The notes under the pieces: generated by a model
Database searches by the model: none
Told to the model about the DNA's origin: nothing
The model's input: the letters and a program-made list of their open reading frames with translations, nothing else
Translations under genes and position numbers: made by a program
Shown here: in pieces, positions 38,897 to 48,385 of the stretch
Layout of the letters: each line of letters starts with the position of its first letter
Position numbering within the stretch: position 1 is the stretch's first letter
Source of the DNA: a candidate division WWE3 bacterium GW2011_GWB1_41_6
GTDB taxonomy: Bacteria > Patescibacteriota > WWE3 > UBA101185 > UBA10185
Assembly (NCBI GenBank): GCA_000997355.1
Contig: LCBS01000001.1
Location: 5,191 to 69,190, forward strand
Length of the DNA stretch: 64,000 nt
Direction of reading: 5' to 3'

Positions 38897-41116
38897 ATGA
38901 AAAAAGATTTTCACATATCAGGAATGCATTGCGCCAGCTGTGCAATGAATATAAAGAGCGTACTTAATAAAGTACCGGAATTAAAGAACGTGGAGGTAAA
39001 TTTTGCCAGTGAACAGGCATCGGTTGAACATGACGGGGATTTCCCTAAAGACAAGGTCGGCAGTGCCGTAGAATCACTTGGGTACAAAGCTCATTTTGAT
39101 GAAGATAACAAAGACCAAACTCCTGAAGACGCGGCAGAATTGGAGTCAAAGAGAGAATTAAATGAACTAAAGACTAAATTAACATGGAGCACTTTCTTTA
39201 CTGTATTACTTTTGATAGGGGCAATGTTCATACAAGCCCCCGAAGTTCTTAGAAACCCCTGGGTCATGCTCATATTTGCTACACCCGTACAGTTCTGGGT
39301 GGGCGCTCAATATTATAAGAGCATGTGGGCATCGCTGAAAAATAGACTTGCCAACATGGATACTCTTATCGCGATAGGAACTTCGGTAGCGTATTTCTTT
39401 TCTTTAGCCGTGCTGCTTTTTGAAGAACAGCTGATACAGTTAGGTATCGAGCCACACGTTTACTTTGAGGTTTCCGCAACTATCATCACGCTTATACTTC
39501 TGGGCAAATATCTGGAAAAAAGAGCCAGGGGTCAGGCATCCTCAGCAATCAGAAAATTGCTGGACCTGCAGGCAAAGAACGCAACAGTGGTCCGGGACGG
39601 AAAAGAAATAATGATTCCCGTTGATCAAATCGTAGTAGGCGATACGATCATTGTAAAACCCGGAGAAAAACTTCCAATAGACGGTGAGATCATAAAGGGC
39701 GAGACATCTATAGATGAAAGTATGGTTACAGGTGAAAGCCTGCCCGTGGAAAAAGGCGTGGGCGCCAAAGTCATAGGAGCGACCGTGAACAAGAGCGGCT
39801 CAATAAGGATAGTAGCTACTAAAGTTGGTGAAAATACTTTGCTCGCACATATTATAGAAACCGTCAAACGCGCCCAGGCATCACGGGCACCCATCCAAAA
39901 ACTTGTAGATAAAATATCATCGGTGTTCGTCCCTATCGTTATTATTCTTGCATTGATCACGTTCCTTATGTGGTTCAACTTTGGTCCGGAACCTGCGTTC
40001 GTCCGGGGATTGGTTAGTTTGATCTCGGTTTTGATAATTGCGTGCCCTTGCGCTTTAGGTTTAGCCACTCCAATGTCTATTATGGTAGGAACGGGTAAGG
40101 GTGCCGAGAACGGCATCCTTATAAAAGATGCGGAAGCTTTGGAGGTTGCTAACAAAATAAATTATATTGTTTTCGACAAAACCGGGACTTTGACATACGG
40201 CAAGCCCGAAGTCGACGGTTTCGAAATAGTCGCGCGCGATACCGATCCTCAGTTCATAAAAAACGCTATTCTTGCCGTGGAAAAATTGTCACATCATCCG
40301 CTGGCCGAAGCTGTTGTGAGATATTTATCAAACGACACTGAGGTACCTGAAGCCGAGGGGTTTGTAGATAGGTCAGGCTTTGGTGTAAAAGCAACCGTTA
40401 ACGGCAAACCGGTTCTGATCGGAACAAAAAAACTAATGGAAAGTGAAAATATTGAGGTTACAAAAGAGGCTGATAAACTCGCGGAGGGCTGGAGAGATAA
40501 AGCCCGCACTGTTTCTTACGCAGCTATTGATAATAAAATAGCAGCATTGATAGGTATATCCGACTTAGTCAAACCAAACGCAAAAGAAGTTGTAGCCACG
40601 TTGAAAAAAATGGGCATCACACCCGTAATGATAACCGGTGATAACGCAAAAACGGCAAAAGCTATCGGGGAACAATTGGGAATTCAAGAAATCCTCTCTG
40701 AAGTCCTTCCTCAGGATAAAGCAAATAAAGTGAAGGAACTGCAGGAGGGCGCTAAAGTGGTGGCAATGGTAGGTGACGGAATTAACGACGCTCCGGCACT
40801 GGCAACCGCAAATATAGGTATCGCCATGGGCGAAGGAACTGACGTTGCGATCGAATCATCCGGGGTGACATTGCTGCGGGGTGATATATCACTGGTTCCA
40901 AAAGCAGTGAACCTATCAAAGTCGACTGTAAAGAATATTAAGCAAAATCTGGCTTGGGCGTTCGGATACAACGTTATTCTGATACCCGTAGCTATGGGTG
41001 TACTATATCCACTATTCGGAATATTACTTAACCCAATCCTGGCAAGCGGTGCCATGGCATTATCAAGCGTTTCGGTAGTTGTTAACGCCCTTAGACTCAG
41101 GACAAAAAAACTCTAG
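38897..41116 (+). CDS. copA: copper-translocating P1B-type ATPase
   Basis: [18 protein letters not shown] ([12 protein letters not shown]), [15 protein letters not shown]. Confidence 0.9.
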   Translation: MKKDFHISGMHCASCAMNIKSVLNKVPELKNVEVNFASEQASVEHDGDFPKDKVGSAVESLGYKAHFDEDNKDQTPEDAAELESKRELNELKTKLTWSTFFTVLLLIGAMFIQAPEVLRNPWVMLIFATPVQFWVGAQYYKSMWASLKNRLANMDTLIAIGTSVAYFFSLAVLLFEEQLIQLGIEPHVYFEVSATIITLILLGKYLEKRARGQASSAIRKLLDLQAKNATVVRDGKEIMIPVDQIVVGDTIIVKPGEKLPIDGEIIKGETSIDESMVTGESLPVEKGVGAKVIGATVNKSGSIRIVATKVGENTLLAHIIETVKRAQASRAPIQKLVDKISSVFVPIVIILALITFLMWFNFGPEPAFVRGLVSLISVLIIACPCALGLATPMSIMVGTGKGAENGILIKDAEALEVANKINYIVFDKTGTLTYGKPEVDGFEIVARDTDPQFIKNAILAVEKLSHHPLAEAVVRYLSNDTEVPEAEGFVDRSGFGVKATVNGKPVLIGTKKLMESENIEVTKEADKLAEGWRDKARTVSYAAIDNKIAALIGISDLVKPNAKEVVATLKKMGITPVMITGDNAKTAKAIGEQLGIQEILSEVLPQDKANKVKELQEGAKVVAMVGDGINDAPALATANIGIAMGEGTDVAIESSGVTLLRGDISLVPKAVNLSKSTVKNIKQNLAWAFGYNVILIPVAMGVLYPLFGILLNPILASGAMALSSVSVVVNALRLRTKKL

Positions 41117-41130
41117 AATTCTTGACTTTA

Positions 41131-41170
41131 ATAAAAAAGGGAGCAGTCGTAGATCAATACTGCTCCTTTG
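41131..41170. terminator. bidirectional intrinsic terminator
   Basis: A-tract, then GGAGCAGT / ACTGCTCC stem with an 11-nt loop, then T-tract. Confidence 0.5.
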
Positions 41171-41177
41171 ATGAACG

Positions 41178-41468
41178 TCACTCCCGCTGATCGACATTTA
41201 CTGCTTCCCAAACCCACCTGGCCTTCATCTGGTACATGGCAGGTGATTCCAACGACCTGAGCAAGATACTTGTTTTGGCCGGAATATTCTTACACGCTCT
41301 ATAATCCGCCAATAAATTGTTGAATTGTGAGGCCGACTCTACATCAAAAACACAGAGCACGCCATCTACCATAACCCTATCACCTTTTCTTACGGGTTTA
41401 GGTTTTTGCTGACACACTTTTCCGAATTCCTTTAATACCTCGGGAATATTAATACATAGTGGAGGCAT
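41178..41468 (-). CDS. small hypothetical protein downstream of the RT
   Basis: Internal ATG with RBS aaaggagag is preferred over the track's GTG start at 41513; about 96 aa; GC-richer. Confidence 0.35.
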   Translation of the reverse strand: MPPLCINIPEVLKEFGKVCQQKPKPVRKGDRVMVDGVLCVFDVESASQFNNLLADYRACKNIPAKTSILLRSLESPAMYQMKARWVWEAVNVDQRE

Positions 41469-41554
41469 TCCAGTCTCTCCTTTCGTATCCCCTACCTTAT
41501 TGCCGGTATACACTTTTGCTATGTAATTCTACCATTGGACGTTCTGCACATTTA

Positions 41555-41592
41555 AAAAAAGGAGCAATGCTTTTTCAAGCTGCTCCTTTCTA
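41555..41592 (-). terminator. intrinsic terminator after the RT gene
   Basis: GGAGCA-at-GCTT tttc AAGC-TGCTCC hairpin with T-run on the minus strand. Its flanks are nearly identical to the hairpin at 41131. Confidence 0.45.
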
Positions 41593-41594
41593 TG

Positions 41595-42599
41595 TTAGAA
41601 CATTCTGGAGTTATGGAACGACGTAACCAGCCTTTCCAGCAACTCAGGGGTTCCTCTCACCTTTCCAAAATACTGCTGGAACAACCCGATGAAGTATGCA
41701 AGCTTGGCCCTGTCTTCCGGAGATAGTTTTTCCGGGTTGGTAGTCTTATATACCTGAGAAACCCAAGTCAGGATACCAAGAATCTGCTTTCTGTACACTT
41801 CAGGCGTTGGACTTGACAGTGCCTCGTTCAATAACAAAACGTACGCATCCAGCTTGTCAGGGTCCAGCTCTAGTCTATCCTCATATACATGTGTTCCGAG
41901 ATACGATATCGGCATGTGTTCAAAACCCGCCGACCAACTTACCTGAAAATCATGCATTGAGATTATCTTTGCTACTGCCCTGTCTACCGCCCACAGATTT
42001 ACGGGTTTATCGAAAGAGAAACACATGTTATCGGCATACCTTGTATACGCTCTTAGCGGGAAGTTACCTAGGATAGCCAGTAAATCTTTGTCCATCGGAT
42101 CCACAACGGCGTTAAAAACATATGGTGTAGATACACATCCCTGTGGAGTAGTTCCTTCATACGTGAGCAGGGTGGCTATCAGTAAACGGACCTCCTTTGA
42201 CATCTTCCGGAACCTTCTTTCCAATAGCTTGTAAATCTTCTCCTTTGTCACATGATCGAAAGCATCCTTTAAATCAACCACTAATGCGGTTTTTGCTCCC
42301 TGGTGCGGTTTGATCGCGGGAATTATACCTTTGCCGGTATAGCAATAATCGGCACTTCCGCCGAATGTTTTTACAAACCACGACGCAAGTATCGACTGAA
42401 CATAAACCAGATCTTTTGTAGCCGGAACGATCCTTCTCTTTCCTCCACTTTTCTTTTTTACATAGAAGGGTTTCAAATATCGTTCCCTTTCGGCTAGTGA
42501 CACCAGTCTTGAGATTGTATTCCGGTACCTGACAAGTTCCTTGTCAAAAGACGGTGTCGTATTCTCTGCCATAGACCAGATAATACTCTCTACGAACAT
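41595..42599 (-). CDS. reverse transcriptase (compact, retron/group-II-like finger-palm)
   Basis: RT motifs 1-2 KKKSGGKRRIVPATKDLVYVQ, A VVDLKDAFDHV, B TPQGCVSTPYVFN, C YTRYADN (N where the second catalytic Asp is expected). Confidence 0.75.
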   Translation of the reverse strand: MFVESIIWSMAENTTPSFDKELVRYRNTISRLVSLAERERYLKPFYVKKKSGGKRRIVPATKDLVYVQSILASWFVKTFGGSADYCYTGKGIIPAIKPHQGAKTALVVDLKDAFDHVTKEKIYKLLERRFRKMSKEVRLLIATLLTYEGTTPQGCVSTPYVFNAVVDPMDKDLLAILGNFPLRAYTRYADNMCFSFDKPVNLWAVDRAVAKIISMHDFQVSWSAGFEHMPISYLGTHVYEDRLELDPDKLDAYVLLLNEALSSPTPEVYRKQILGILTWVSQVYKTTNPEKLSPEDRAKLAYFIGLFQQYFGKVRGTPELLERLVTSFHNSRMF

Positions 42600-42645
42600 C
42601 TCTGCTCTCCTTTTTCTATATCTTCTTTTGTTTTATGAACGCCAA

Positions 42646-43323
42646 CTAACCGGACATTTCAATTGACGCTCTCCTTACTCCACCCGCGCCTCTTAACAAT
42701 AGCAATAGCACGACCCCCGTCACAAAACCCCCGACATGAGCTCCATATGCAATGCCTCCCGTTTCAGCAATCCCGATCGTTCCCAGTCCTGCTAAAAATT
42801 GAAATAAAAACCAATACAACAACATCGTGTATGCCGGAACGGTAATTATCCTTACCACAAAGCCAAAGAATACAAGAACATCGATCCCGTGGCGCGGGAA
42901 CAGTACCAGATAGCCTCCCATTATTCCCGCAATTGCTCCGGAAGCTCCCAGGTTCGGGATACCGGATGCGGGGTTTAAAAATATCTGTAGCGCTGTTGCC
43001 CCTAAACCGACCAGTATATAGAAAAACAAATATTTTATCGAACCCAAACGATCCTCGAGATTGTCCCCGAAAATATATAAAAATAACATATTCCCAAAAA
43101 GATGTCCCAAACTACCATGAAGGAACATGGATGTTACAAGTGTATAAAGATTTTGGCCGTTAACAACCAGGTTTGGTATCAAAGCATACTGATTTACGAA
43201 CATTTCCAGTCCGGGCTCTGACATTCCAAACATAAAAAAGAAGACGGCAATGTTAATGCCAAGCAATAGAAAATTCAGTATAGGTATTTTTCCCGATGGT
43301 GTATGGTCTTTTATTGGCAGCAT
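42646..43323 (-). CDS. rhomboid-family intramembrane serine protease
   Basis: FLHGSLGHLFGNM, GASGAIAG (GxSG) and AHVGGF catalytic histidine; 6 TM helices. Confidence 0.7.
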   Translation of the reverse strand: MLPIKDHTPSGKIPILNFLLLGINIAVFFFMFGMSEPGLEMFVNQYALIPNLVVNGQNLYTLVTSMFLHGSLGHLFGNMLFLYIFGDNLEDRLGSIKYLFFYILVGLGATALQIFLNPASGIPNLGASGAIAGIMGGYLVLFPRHGIDVLVFFGFVVRIITVPAYTMLLYWFLFQFLAGLGTIGIAETGGIAYGAHVGGFVTGVVLLLLLRGAGGVRRASIEMSG

Positions 43324-43431
43324 ATGTTTTTAGTCACTTTCTAGTATTTATACTATCTGTGTATTGATAAGGTTTCTTTAAAAAAGTGTTGCTGTTGTGA
43401 TAAAACCAAAAAAAGACCTCCGGACTATTTT

Positions 43432-44006
43432 TTAATCCGGAGGTATACGCGTACCATTAAAGTAAGCATCGATCTCCCGTACATTGTTTACCCGGAATTC
43501 CCAACCTTTTGGACTAATCGTTTTGATGGTGAGAACACCGGCATTCTTATCCCATCGTACGTTGTTGATGTCAAAGACAAGAGGATTGGAATTAAGTATA
43601 TGGTGATGTCCCCAGTTTCTACACCATTTTACCGCCTCCTGAAGATCAGGGAGAGTTAACACGGCTACCTCTCACGACAAAACATTCGCAGGAAACTCAA
43701 AACTTGATTCTTCAATGTTGGGTTCTTTTTTATCTCCCCCGCCCCGCGGCCAACAAAATACTGAACAGGTTGTGCTCTTCCAAGCTCTTCCTGTACTCTA
43801 GAGGCTAAGCCGTAGTGAGTCTCCGCCGCAAGGTAGCTGAAATCCACAAAGTTAATTTTCGGCAGACTCATATATGCACCTAACGGTTTGACAAAAATAT
43901 CGTCGCCGGATTCCAGATCCTGAGACGTATTGTACCCTATTACTACAACCCGCGCCTTACCTTCACCAACAGGTTCAAAAATCTCATATTGCCCAATGAA
44001 CGTCAT
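43432..44006 (-). CDS. two abutting small ORFs (113 aa and 76 aa, 2-nt gap, different frames); possibly a split gene
   Basis: ORFs 43665..44006 and 43432..43662; no motif. Confidence 0.3.
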
Positions 44007-44097
44007 TGTATTTACTCTCCTTTTATCTTATTCACCAGATTCGTTAAGCGTAATATACTATTAATAATAACTTATAACAAATTCCTGCCCCCAAGCA

Positions 44098-44511
44098 TTG
44101 AAAGTTATGAGTATCTATCCGTGTAAAGGAGAAGCAATGAGCAGATTAGTATGGTTACGGGCGAATATCAAATGCCATAGAGGATGCCGCACTTTCAGAT
44201 ACGTGGCTGAACTGGTGGCTACCGCCGCACTTGCGGGAGGTGCCAAAGAGTGTGGAAAAGCTCTGTTCCTGGAAGTTACAGAGGATGCTGTATCAAGGTG
44301 GGAAAAAAACACCTGGATGAAACCGGGCGATATTCGCCGGTTGAAGCTCCTCCGTGATGCAATTGCTAGTGATCTTGAAAACCGTCCAAATACTGCGGCT
44401 AAAGACTATAGAACCGTCGCGAGAGAAACAAATGGTCGTGTACCGTACGCATTGACACGGAAACGCGCTTTGATGAAAGTCGGCTCCCAGTTCGTAAAAG
44501 GTGAGATTTAA
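44098..44511 (+). CDS. basic hypothetical protein (GC-rich)
   Basis: 137 aa, Arg/Cys-rich N-terminus, clearly higher GC than the window average. Confidence 0.35.
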   Translation: MKVMSIYPCKGEAMSRLVWLRANIKCHRGCRTFRYVAELVATAALAGGAKECGKALFLEVTEDAVSRWEKNTWMKPGDIRRLKLLRDAIASDLENRPNTAAKDYRTVARETNGRVPYALTRKRALMKVGSQFVKGEI

Positions 44512-44521
44512 CTGTATTTAC

Positions 44522-44557
44522 AAAGCCCTCTGTATCCACCAGACGGGCTTTTTTTAT
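44522..44557 (+). terminator. rho-independent terminator
   Basis: gccctctg ... cagacgggc hairpin followed by TTTTTTT. Confidence 0.45.
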
Positions 44558-44608
44558 TCCACTTTCATTTTGGTTGAATAAAACCCGAACACCTGATAAC
44601 ATCATCGC

Positions 44609-46063
44609 ATGCTGCCAAGAACACTAACATTCGTCGATGTAGAGACAACAGGAGCGAGCCTTAGAAACAGCAGAATAATAGAGATAGGGATCATAAGAGT
44701 TGAGAACGATCAAGTCGTTGATACTTTTCATTCCCTTTTGGATCCGGAAACTCACATTCCTCCGGAGATACTTGAATTCACAGGTATAACCCAGGACGAA
44801 ATAAAAAATGCCCCCACATTCAGCCAAATAAAAGATACGGTCATGGAACTTTTTAACGACTCCGTTTTTGTAGCCCATAACGTGAAGTTCGACTACTCCT
44901 TTATAAAAAAAGAATTTGTAATGCTGGAGGAACAGTTCAACGCCAAAACCATGTGTACAGTAAACCTTTCACGAAGCCTTTTCCCTTTTTACCGCAAACA
45001 CAATCTTGACGCTTTGATCGAACGGCATGGAATTTCGTGTGTCCGCAGGCATAGGGCAATTGACGACGCCAAAGTGTTGGTCGAATTCTATCAAAAAATG
45101 CTGGATGAGATCCCTTCCGAAGTTTTGATACGGGCTTTTGATAAAGTTATGAAAAACGCCAATATTCCTACGAAAATAAAATCCCGTGTGATCGAAGGCC
45201 TTCCCGATACACCCGGGATATACGTTTTTTACGGAAAGAACGGAGTTCCGCTTTACGTGGGAAAAAGCGTGAATATAAAGTCACGGGTGAAATCCCACTT
45301 CGCAGGTTCGAATATTACGTCCAAGGACTTTAAACTATCCCAGCAGATTGAGGATATTTCTTTTATGAAAACGGCGGGAGAACTAGGTGCTTTATTAAAA
45401 GAAGCTGAACTGGTCAAGGAACTTCAGCCGGTATATAACTCACGTTTGCGGAATTATCAAAGCCTCGTGCTCTTAAAAAATGTTAAGAACGAAGAAGGCT
45501 ATGAAACTGTTGAGATTTTTGAGACAGACAACCCCACATATAACGAAGTGATAAACTCTTTGGGAATTTTTAAGTCGCGTTCCCAGGCAAAGAAAAGTCT
45601 GGAGGAAGTGAGGGATAAACACGATCTTTGCACAAAACTACTTGGGTTGGAAAGCACCAAAGGTTCGTGTTTCTTGCATAAACTGGAAAAATGCAACGGA
45701 GCCTGTGTGGGAAAAGAAAACCCGATGAAATACAATATGCGCTTTTATATGGCTTTTTCCGGAACGAAACTGACACAATGGCCGTTTGAAGGCCCTGTTG
45801 TAATATCAGAAGTTGATGAGCTGAACGGAAAGGTCGAACGTTTCCTCGTGAACAATTGGAGGGTTCTAAAGACGGTTGATGAAGCTGTTGAGGAGTTGGA
45901 TGACCGGGAGGAAAACGGGATGAAAGCAGGGATTATTGCTGATATGCAGGAAGATTTTATGTTCGATCTGGACAACTATAAGATCATCAAGAATTTTTTT
46001 AGGAAAAAGGAGAATTTGGAGAACATTAAGAGGATCGGAAGTTTTTCACAGTTGGAGTGGTAG
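44609..46063 (+). CDS. DnaQ-like 3'-5' exonuclease fused to a GIY-YIG nuclease domain
   Basis: Exo I FVDVETTG, Exo II/III HNVKFD ... HRAIDDA; GIY-YIG: GIYVFYGKNGVPLYVGKS ... R ... E. Confidence 0.75.
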   Translation: MLPRTLTFVDVETTGASLRNSRIIEIGIIRVENDQVVDTFHSLLDPETHIPPEILEFTGITQDEIKNAPTFSQIKDTVMELFNDSVFVAHNVKFDYSFIKKEFVMLEEQFNAKTMCTVNLSRSLFPFYRKHNLDALIERHGISCVRRHRAIDDAKVLVEFYQKMLDEIPSEVLIRAFDKVMKNANIPTKIKSRVIEGLPDTPGIYVFYGKNGVPLYVGKSVNIKSRVKSHFAGSNITSKDFKLSQQIEDISFMKTAGELGALLKEAELVKELQPVYNSRLRNYQSLVLLKNVKNEEGYETVEIFETDNPTYNEVINSLGIFKSRSQAKKSLEEVRDKHDLCTKLLGLESTKGSCFLHKLEKCNGACVGKENPMKYNMRFYMAFSGTKLTQWPFEGPVVISEVDELNGKVERFLVNNWRVLKTVDEAVEELDDREENGMKAGIIADMQEDFMFDLDNYKIIKNFFRKKENLENIKRIGSFSQLEW

Positions 46064-46154
46064 TTATTATGACTTATAGTCATTTACATTGTTGGTATAT
46101 TGCCTTATAATAACGACTATCAAATCCAGTTAATCAATCGTTCATAAGTCGACA

Positions 46155-46788
46155 ATGGAGGTAGAGATGACAGACGTGTATGCGATCTTAGATAATCCTG
46201 AAGTAGCTCAGTGTGTTCATAGTGATACTTCAACTGTTAACGGTAGAGAGCTGCCCGCCAGTACTATCCGCAAGGCTGCTGAGTTCAGAGCAGATATACT
46301 CCCAAGAAATCAGTTTAAGATTTGGGATAATAAGTCTATGAAGGTGCTTGCCACCGTTAATGCTGAAACCAGCACACATTACCAAGTTCTAGTAGCGTTT
46401 TGCAGAGCATGGGTTCGGAATGGCCCCGGTAAACCGCTGGATTATAATGGACCAAGGTTGATCTTAGTAACTTAAGCTTTAAATAAAGAAGGAGAGAATA
46501 GTGACAATACAGATGTATGTATATTATCCCGAAGCAGGAATCGGGTACTCGGTCTATCCGCTGTTCGACAATGTCCACGAACATCCCGGAAAGGACATCA
46601 TCGAGGAATCCGACTGCTTCATCATATACACCGACAAAACAAAAAAGAATTTCGATGTGTACGACGCCCGGACTTGTAAGCTTGTAGGCAGTGGAAAAAT
46701 CCCGTCGGTTCATCAGTGGGCCGATATTGCGCGGGTATGTACCGATATAATGGGACACGAACTAAATGCAATTTATATCCAGCATTAG
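46155..46788 (+). CDS. two small hypothetical proteins (106 aa and 95 aa)
   Basis: ORFs 46155..46475 and 46501..46788; RBS gaaggagag before the second. Confidence 0.35.
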
Positions 46789-46805
46789 TGAACCATCTAC
46801 TCCCG

Positions 46806-46866
46806 TACTATGAATTAGCACGGGAGTTTTTTACTGACAGAACCCCGACTAGTACGGGGTTCTTTA
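46806..46866 (+). terminator. tandem rho-independent terminators
   Basis: ctcccgt ... acgggag followed by TTTTTT, then gaaccccg ... cggggttc followed by TTT. Confidence 0.5.
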
Positions 46867-46898
46867 TACTTAGGTACCTAATAAGTATTTATCTCATG

Positions 46899-47279
46899 CT
46901 AATTCTTATAGTGGCATGAAAGGGACGATTGTCCGCTTGGAGTTACCACATTCTGCCAATCATTTGTAAACCCTGCAGTTGTGAAACACGGCAAACCGGT
47001 ATTTTCATAATTGAAAATCACCGCACCTTGCGTACTGGGATCCACATCTGAGGCTTTACAACTTGTGAGAGCATTATCTTTATTACTCTTTGTTTCAACT
47101 CTCACATTAGAATCTGCTTGTACAAGATCCCCATCACCGTCGAATAAAAGACATCCATCATCTTTAATTACAACAGCGCCTTCATTAGCAGTCGCTCTAC
47201 CGGCACCAACATACAGCGCAACACCTGCAAGAGCAAAAATTAATGTGAGTACTAGAAGTTTCTTTATCATTATTATCAC
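46899..47279 (-). CDS. secreted hypothetical protein
   Basis: Signal peptide LLVLTLIFALAGVALYVGA. Confidence 0.45.
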   Translation of the reverse strand: MIIMIKKLLVLTLIFALAGVALYVGAGRATANEGAVVIKDDGCLLFDGDGDLVQADSNVRVETKSNKDNALTSCKASDVDPSTQGAVIFNYENTGLPCFTTAGFTNDWQNVVTPSGQSSLSCHYKN

Positions 47280-47284
47280 CCCCT

Positions 47285-47320
47285 TTCAACAAAAAAACCC
47301 GCAGTAGATTAAACTGCGGG
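47285..47320. terminator. terminator-like hairpin in a divergent intergenic region
   Basis: aaaaaaacccgcagt ... actgcgggttttt; sits directly 5' of the RBS of the minus-strand gene. Confidence 0.4.
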
Positions 47321-47510
47321 TTTTTATAAATTTATTAAATACATGGTGAAAACATAAAGTTTTTCATTGTTTACTATAAACAACAAGTAATATTGATATA
47401 TATTTACATCAATATGTAATATGGGTGTTAAATGAATGTAAAAAATATGTAATAAAAAAATAAACCGTTTGTGAAAAGCCTCAAAGGGTTAATAGTGCTA
47501 CACTTTATAT

Positions 47511-47765
47511 ATGAATCCTCTATCAAACGGTCAAAAATTTAGAATTTATGTATTAAGTTTCGTGCTAACGCCTATGGGGCTGTATTGGTTCTTTAAGAAC
47601 TTTAGAAGCCCGATTCCTGGAAATAGAAAAGCCGGATACATTGCGCTTATACTCACAACCGCCGCACTGGCAGGTTCGTTATATGTATCTTATAGATATA
47701 TAGAGGTGTTAACGGATTACACCGATTTGTACGAACAGCAGCTGAACTTGTATGAGGGGCTGTAA
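47511..47765 (+). CDS. small membrane protein
   Basis: Two TM helices, 84 aa. Confidence 0.35.
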   Translation: MNPLSNGQKFRIYVLSFVLTPMGLYWFFKNFRSPIPGNRKAGYIALILTTAALAGSLYVSYRYIEVLTDYTDLYEQQLNLYEGL

Positions 47766-47854
47766 TAGTTATTACCGGTACCATTTTTACCGCTAAATAT
47801 TCCAAAAAATAAAAAGGCTCCTTGTTTGCTACAAAGAGCCGTAAGGCGTATTTA

Positions 47855-48286
47855 TTAATTCTTTATGTACCCATGCATGATTGGCCAAATAAGTAGGCCG
47901 ATCATATAAGGAACTAGGAAAAACACCGCGTTAATATGGAGCGGGTACTGAGGAAAAAATACCAGCCAAAAAGCCGCTAGGAATACAACGCCTACTAGTA
48001 AGTAATATATTCCGACTGTTGTAATGGAAAACTCACCTCTCGTAAATTTTTCCACCATACTTACCAATCCTGCTCCTAGCAGACCAACCAGCACCGCACC
48101 TATCATTGCAGCCACTATTTTCTGGGTCCCACCTAAGTCCGTATAAAGCACCAACACCATCTCAGAAAGTAATAATACAACCGTAACTATTACAAATTTA
48201 AGGCGTTCGTTCATCTGCATCTCCTTTTTTATGTATCCGGATTGTTTATTATGGGTTATTTTAATATATGTATGTCTATTATGCAA
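47855..48286 (-). CDS. polytopic membrane protein
   Basis: 4 TM helices. Confidence 0.4.
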   Translation of the reverse strand: MHNRHTYIKITHNKQSGYIKKEMQMNERLKFVIVTVVLLLSEMVLVLYTDLGGTQKIVAAMIGAVLVGLLGAGLVSMVEKFTRGEFSITTVGIYYLLVGVVFLAAFWLVFFPQYPLHINAVFFLVPYMIGLLIWPIMHGYIKN

Positions 48287-48385
48287 ATTTACATAACGGT
48301 CGTAGAGGTAAACTATTACAAAAACGTATATATAACACTTGATATATGGTTCAGAAATCCATGCCCATAGGTTATACTTATATAT

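Noticed and set aside
41131-41592. Twin hairpins as terminal inverted repeats of a mobile element
   Set aside because: They are in direct, not inverted, orientation. Each is a standard A-tract/hairpin/T-tract bidirectional terminator, and they are probably duplicated terminators.
41595-42599. Diversity-generating retroelement (DGR) assignment for the RT
   Set aside because: Motif B is PQG...STP rather than the DGR-type IGxxxSQ. No template/variable repeat pair or Avd-like helical gene was recognisable nearby by eye.
42600-42645. Retron msr-msd ncRNA upstream of the RT
   Set aside because: Only 46 nt separate the RT start from the rhomboid stop, and they contain the RT RBS, so there is no room for an upstream ncRNA. 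A downstream location remains untested.
43432-44006. Calcineurin-like metallophosphoesterase (GHHH motif)
   Set aside because: Only one motif-like string was seen. The N-terminal D-x-H and GD..D motifs are absent.
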